This document shows positions 62,450 to 64,000 of a stretch of 64,000 nucleotides of DNA, piece after piece (positions within the stretch are counted from its first letter, which is position 1; each line of letters opens with the position of its first letter). The DNA comes from Leucoraja ocellata (taxonomy: Eukaryota). The notes below the pieces were generated by a model. It ran no database searches, was not told where the DNA came from, and worked only from the letters and a program-made list of their open reading frames with translations. Position numbers and translations under genes: made by a program. The DNA is taken from the NCBI GenBank assembly GCA_036785375.1, contig JAWMAR010000006.1, positions 3,472,001 to 3,536,000 on the forward strand. Direction: 5' to 3'.

Positions 62450-64000
62450 TCTATATTACTAAAAGTCTGATCTTGACCGCTTTTGGCCTGCGATTTCCAA
62501 GAGAACGCCGCCACTTTTACGGCCGTCATTTTTGGCCACTTCGCTCAGAGCCTCCCTCCGCCTTCCATGACCGGAGGATTTTTCCCATCGATGAAAAATC
62601 AGAGAGATATTAACGTTTTTTAAAAAATTGCCATTCTCTCTGCTGCCCCTGCTGGAGGGAGGGGAAGGGACTATAAAACCAGGAAGTGGTGTGCCTCACT
62701 CAGTCTCTGTAAGATGGAGGAAGCCAGATGGTCATGTCTCTCTGAGCTCTGAATAACACTGAACAGTCTGAATAACACTGAACAAAAATGATAGTCTACT
62801 CAATGTGAGTGCGCTTAATGTGGTTTGAAAATAAAATATGGTTTGTTTGAAGTAAAAATGCACTGCTTGCAAATGGTTGTTTGGGGGGTTTGGGTTGAAG
62901 TAAAAAGGCACTGCCTGCAAATGGTTGTTTGGGTTGAAGTAAAAAGGCACTGTCTGCAAATGGTTGTTTGAGGGGTTTGGGTTGAAGTGAAAAGGCACTG
63001 CCTGCAATTGGTTGTTTGGGGGGTTTGGGTTGAAGTGAAAAGGCACTGCCTGCAAATGGTTGTTTGGGGGGTGGTTAGGTTGAAGTGAAAAGGCACTGCC
63101 TGCAAATGGTTGTTTGGGGGGGTTTGGGTGAAGTGAAAAGGCACTCCTGTAAATGGTTGTTTGTCTAAACTTGACAACTTCCTGTTTGCACTATATTGAT
63201 TTTAGATAAAACGCTACACTAACGCTGTGATTTTTGGCCATCTTACTCAGTTCCCCTCTGCTCATCAGATGCAGAGGATTCTTCCCATCAATGAAAAACA
63301 AACGTGTTATTAGTGTTTAAGAAATGTTGAGAATCTCTCTCCTGTCATCACGCATGAAGGCCACACCTTTTCCGGTTGGGGGGGGGGGGGGGGGGGGGGG
63401 GGGATTATAAAACCCGGAAGTGTGGGTGTGGCTCAGTCTCTGCATGAATGGGGTAGGGAGAGGTCATGACTCTGTCTGAGCTGTGAATCAACTGAACACA
63501 CTGAATGTCTACTGAACTGTGAGTGTGGATTTTGTGTAGTTTATGGTGGTTTCACCCTGCTTGAAATAGTATGAATGCATTTGAATGTGGTGGCCTTGCA
63601 CGAAATGGTATGAAACTGCATTTGACTATGGTGTCGTTGCACCCTGCATGAAATGGTATGAAACTGCATTTGTATTTGGTGGCCTTGCACCCTCCTTGAA
63701 ATGGTATGAAACTGCACTTGAATTTGGTGGCCTTGCACTCTGCTTGAAGCAGTATGAAACTGCACTTGAATGTAAGGCCTTGCACCCTGCTCGAAGAGGT
63801 AAGAAACTGCACTTGAATTTGGTACCTTGCACCTTGATTGAAATGGTAGGAAAATGGATTTGAATTTGGTGGCCTAGCACTATGTTTGAAATGGAATTTC
63901 AAGGAATAGCCGTGAGTCAACTGCCAGCCCACCAGCCGTGAGTGAGCTGCCAGCATATCCGGGCTTGAGGGACTGAGCTGCCACACCAAGAATCCATTTG
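62450..64000 (+). mobile_element. Second Helitron of the same family with expanded internal minisatellites; runs off the window
   Basis: Starts TCTATATTACTAAAAGTCTGATC and is colinear with the reverse complement of 60232-61543. ~49-bp array at 62850-63165 and ~48-bp array at 63555-63900. Confidence 0.8.

Noticed and set aside
62732-63989. Regularly repeated units and repeat-peptide ORFs that might suggest a CRISPR array or repeat protein
   Set aside because: Units are head-to-tail with no unique spacers, the context is eukaryotic, and they lie inside a Helitron.

Overview
Vertebrate genomic DNA, very probably from a cartilaginous fish (skate/ray-like; inferred from the repeat landscape of CR1/L2 LINEs, tRNA-derived SINEs and dense Penelope-like elements). 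Three spliced protein-coding genes can be rebuilt by eye. CIB3 is on the minus strand (coding exons 1-3; the rest lies off the left edge). CTNS/cystinosin is complete on the plus strand (10 coding exons, 23084-38085, 385 aa). TAX1BP3 is complete on the minus strand (4 exons, 45283-52282, 123 aa). Most remaining sequence is transposon-derived. The most striking signal is in the CTNS CpG-island promoter: a ~3.55 kb element with 34-bp perfect TIRs starting CAAAG and an exact 8-bp TSD (12705-16254). Three 31-36 bp 'both-ends-only' remnants of the same TIR family lie inside it, each with its own 8-bp TSD, and a fourth 19-bp remnant lies just outside. This matches the footprint expected from P-element-type staggered excision. 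Also notable: a four-copy family of short THAP-domain-carrying TIR elements (ISL2EU-like), more than 20 hammerhead-ribozyme-like cores in Penelope-derived repeats, two composite non-autonomous Helitrons, an in-frame (AGC)9 poly-Ser insertion in cystinosin, and an inverted composite duplication shared by the last coding introns of CTNS and TAX1BP3. Everything was read manually; repeat boundaries are approximate unless a TSD is quoted, and no database searches were run.
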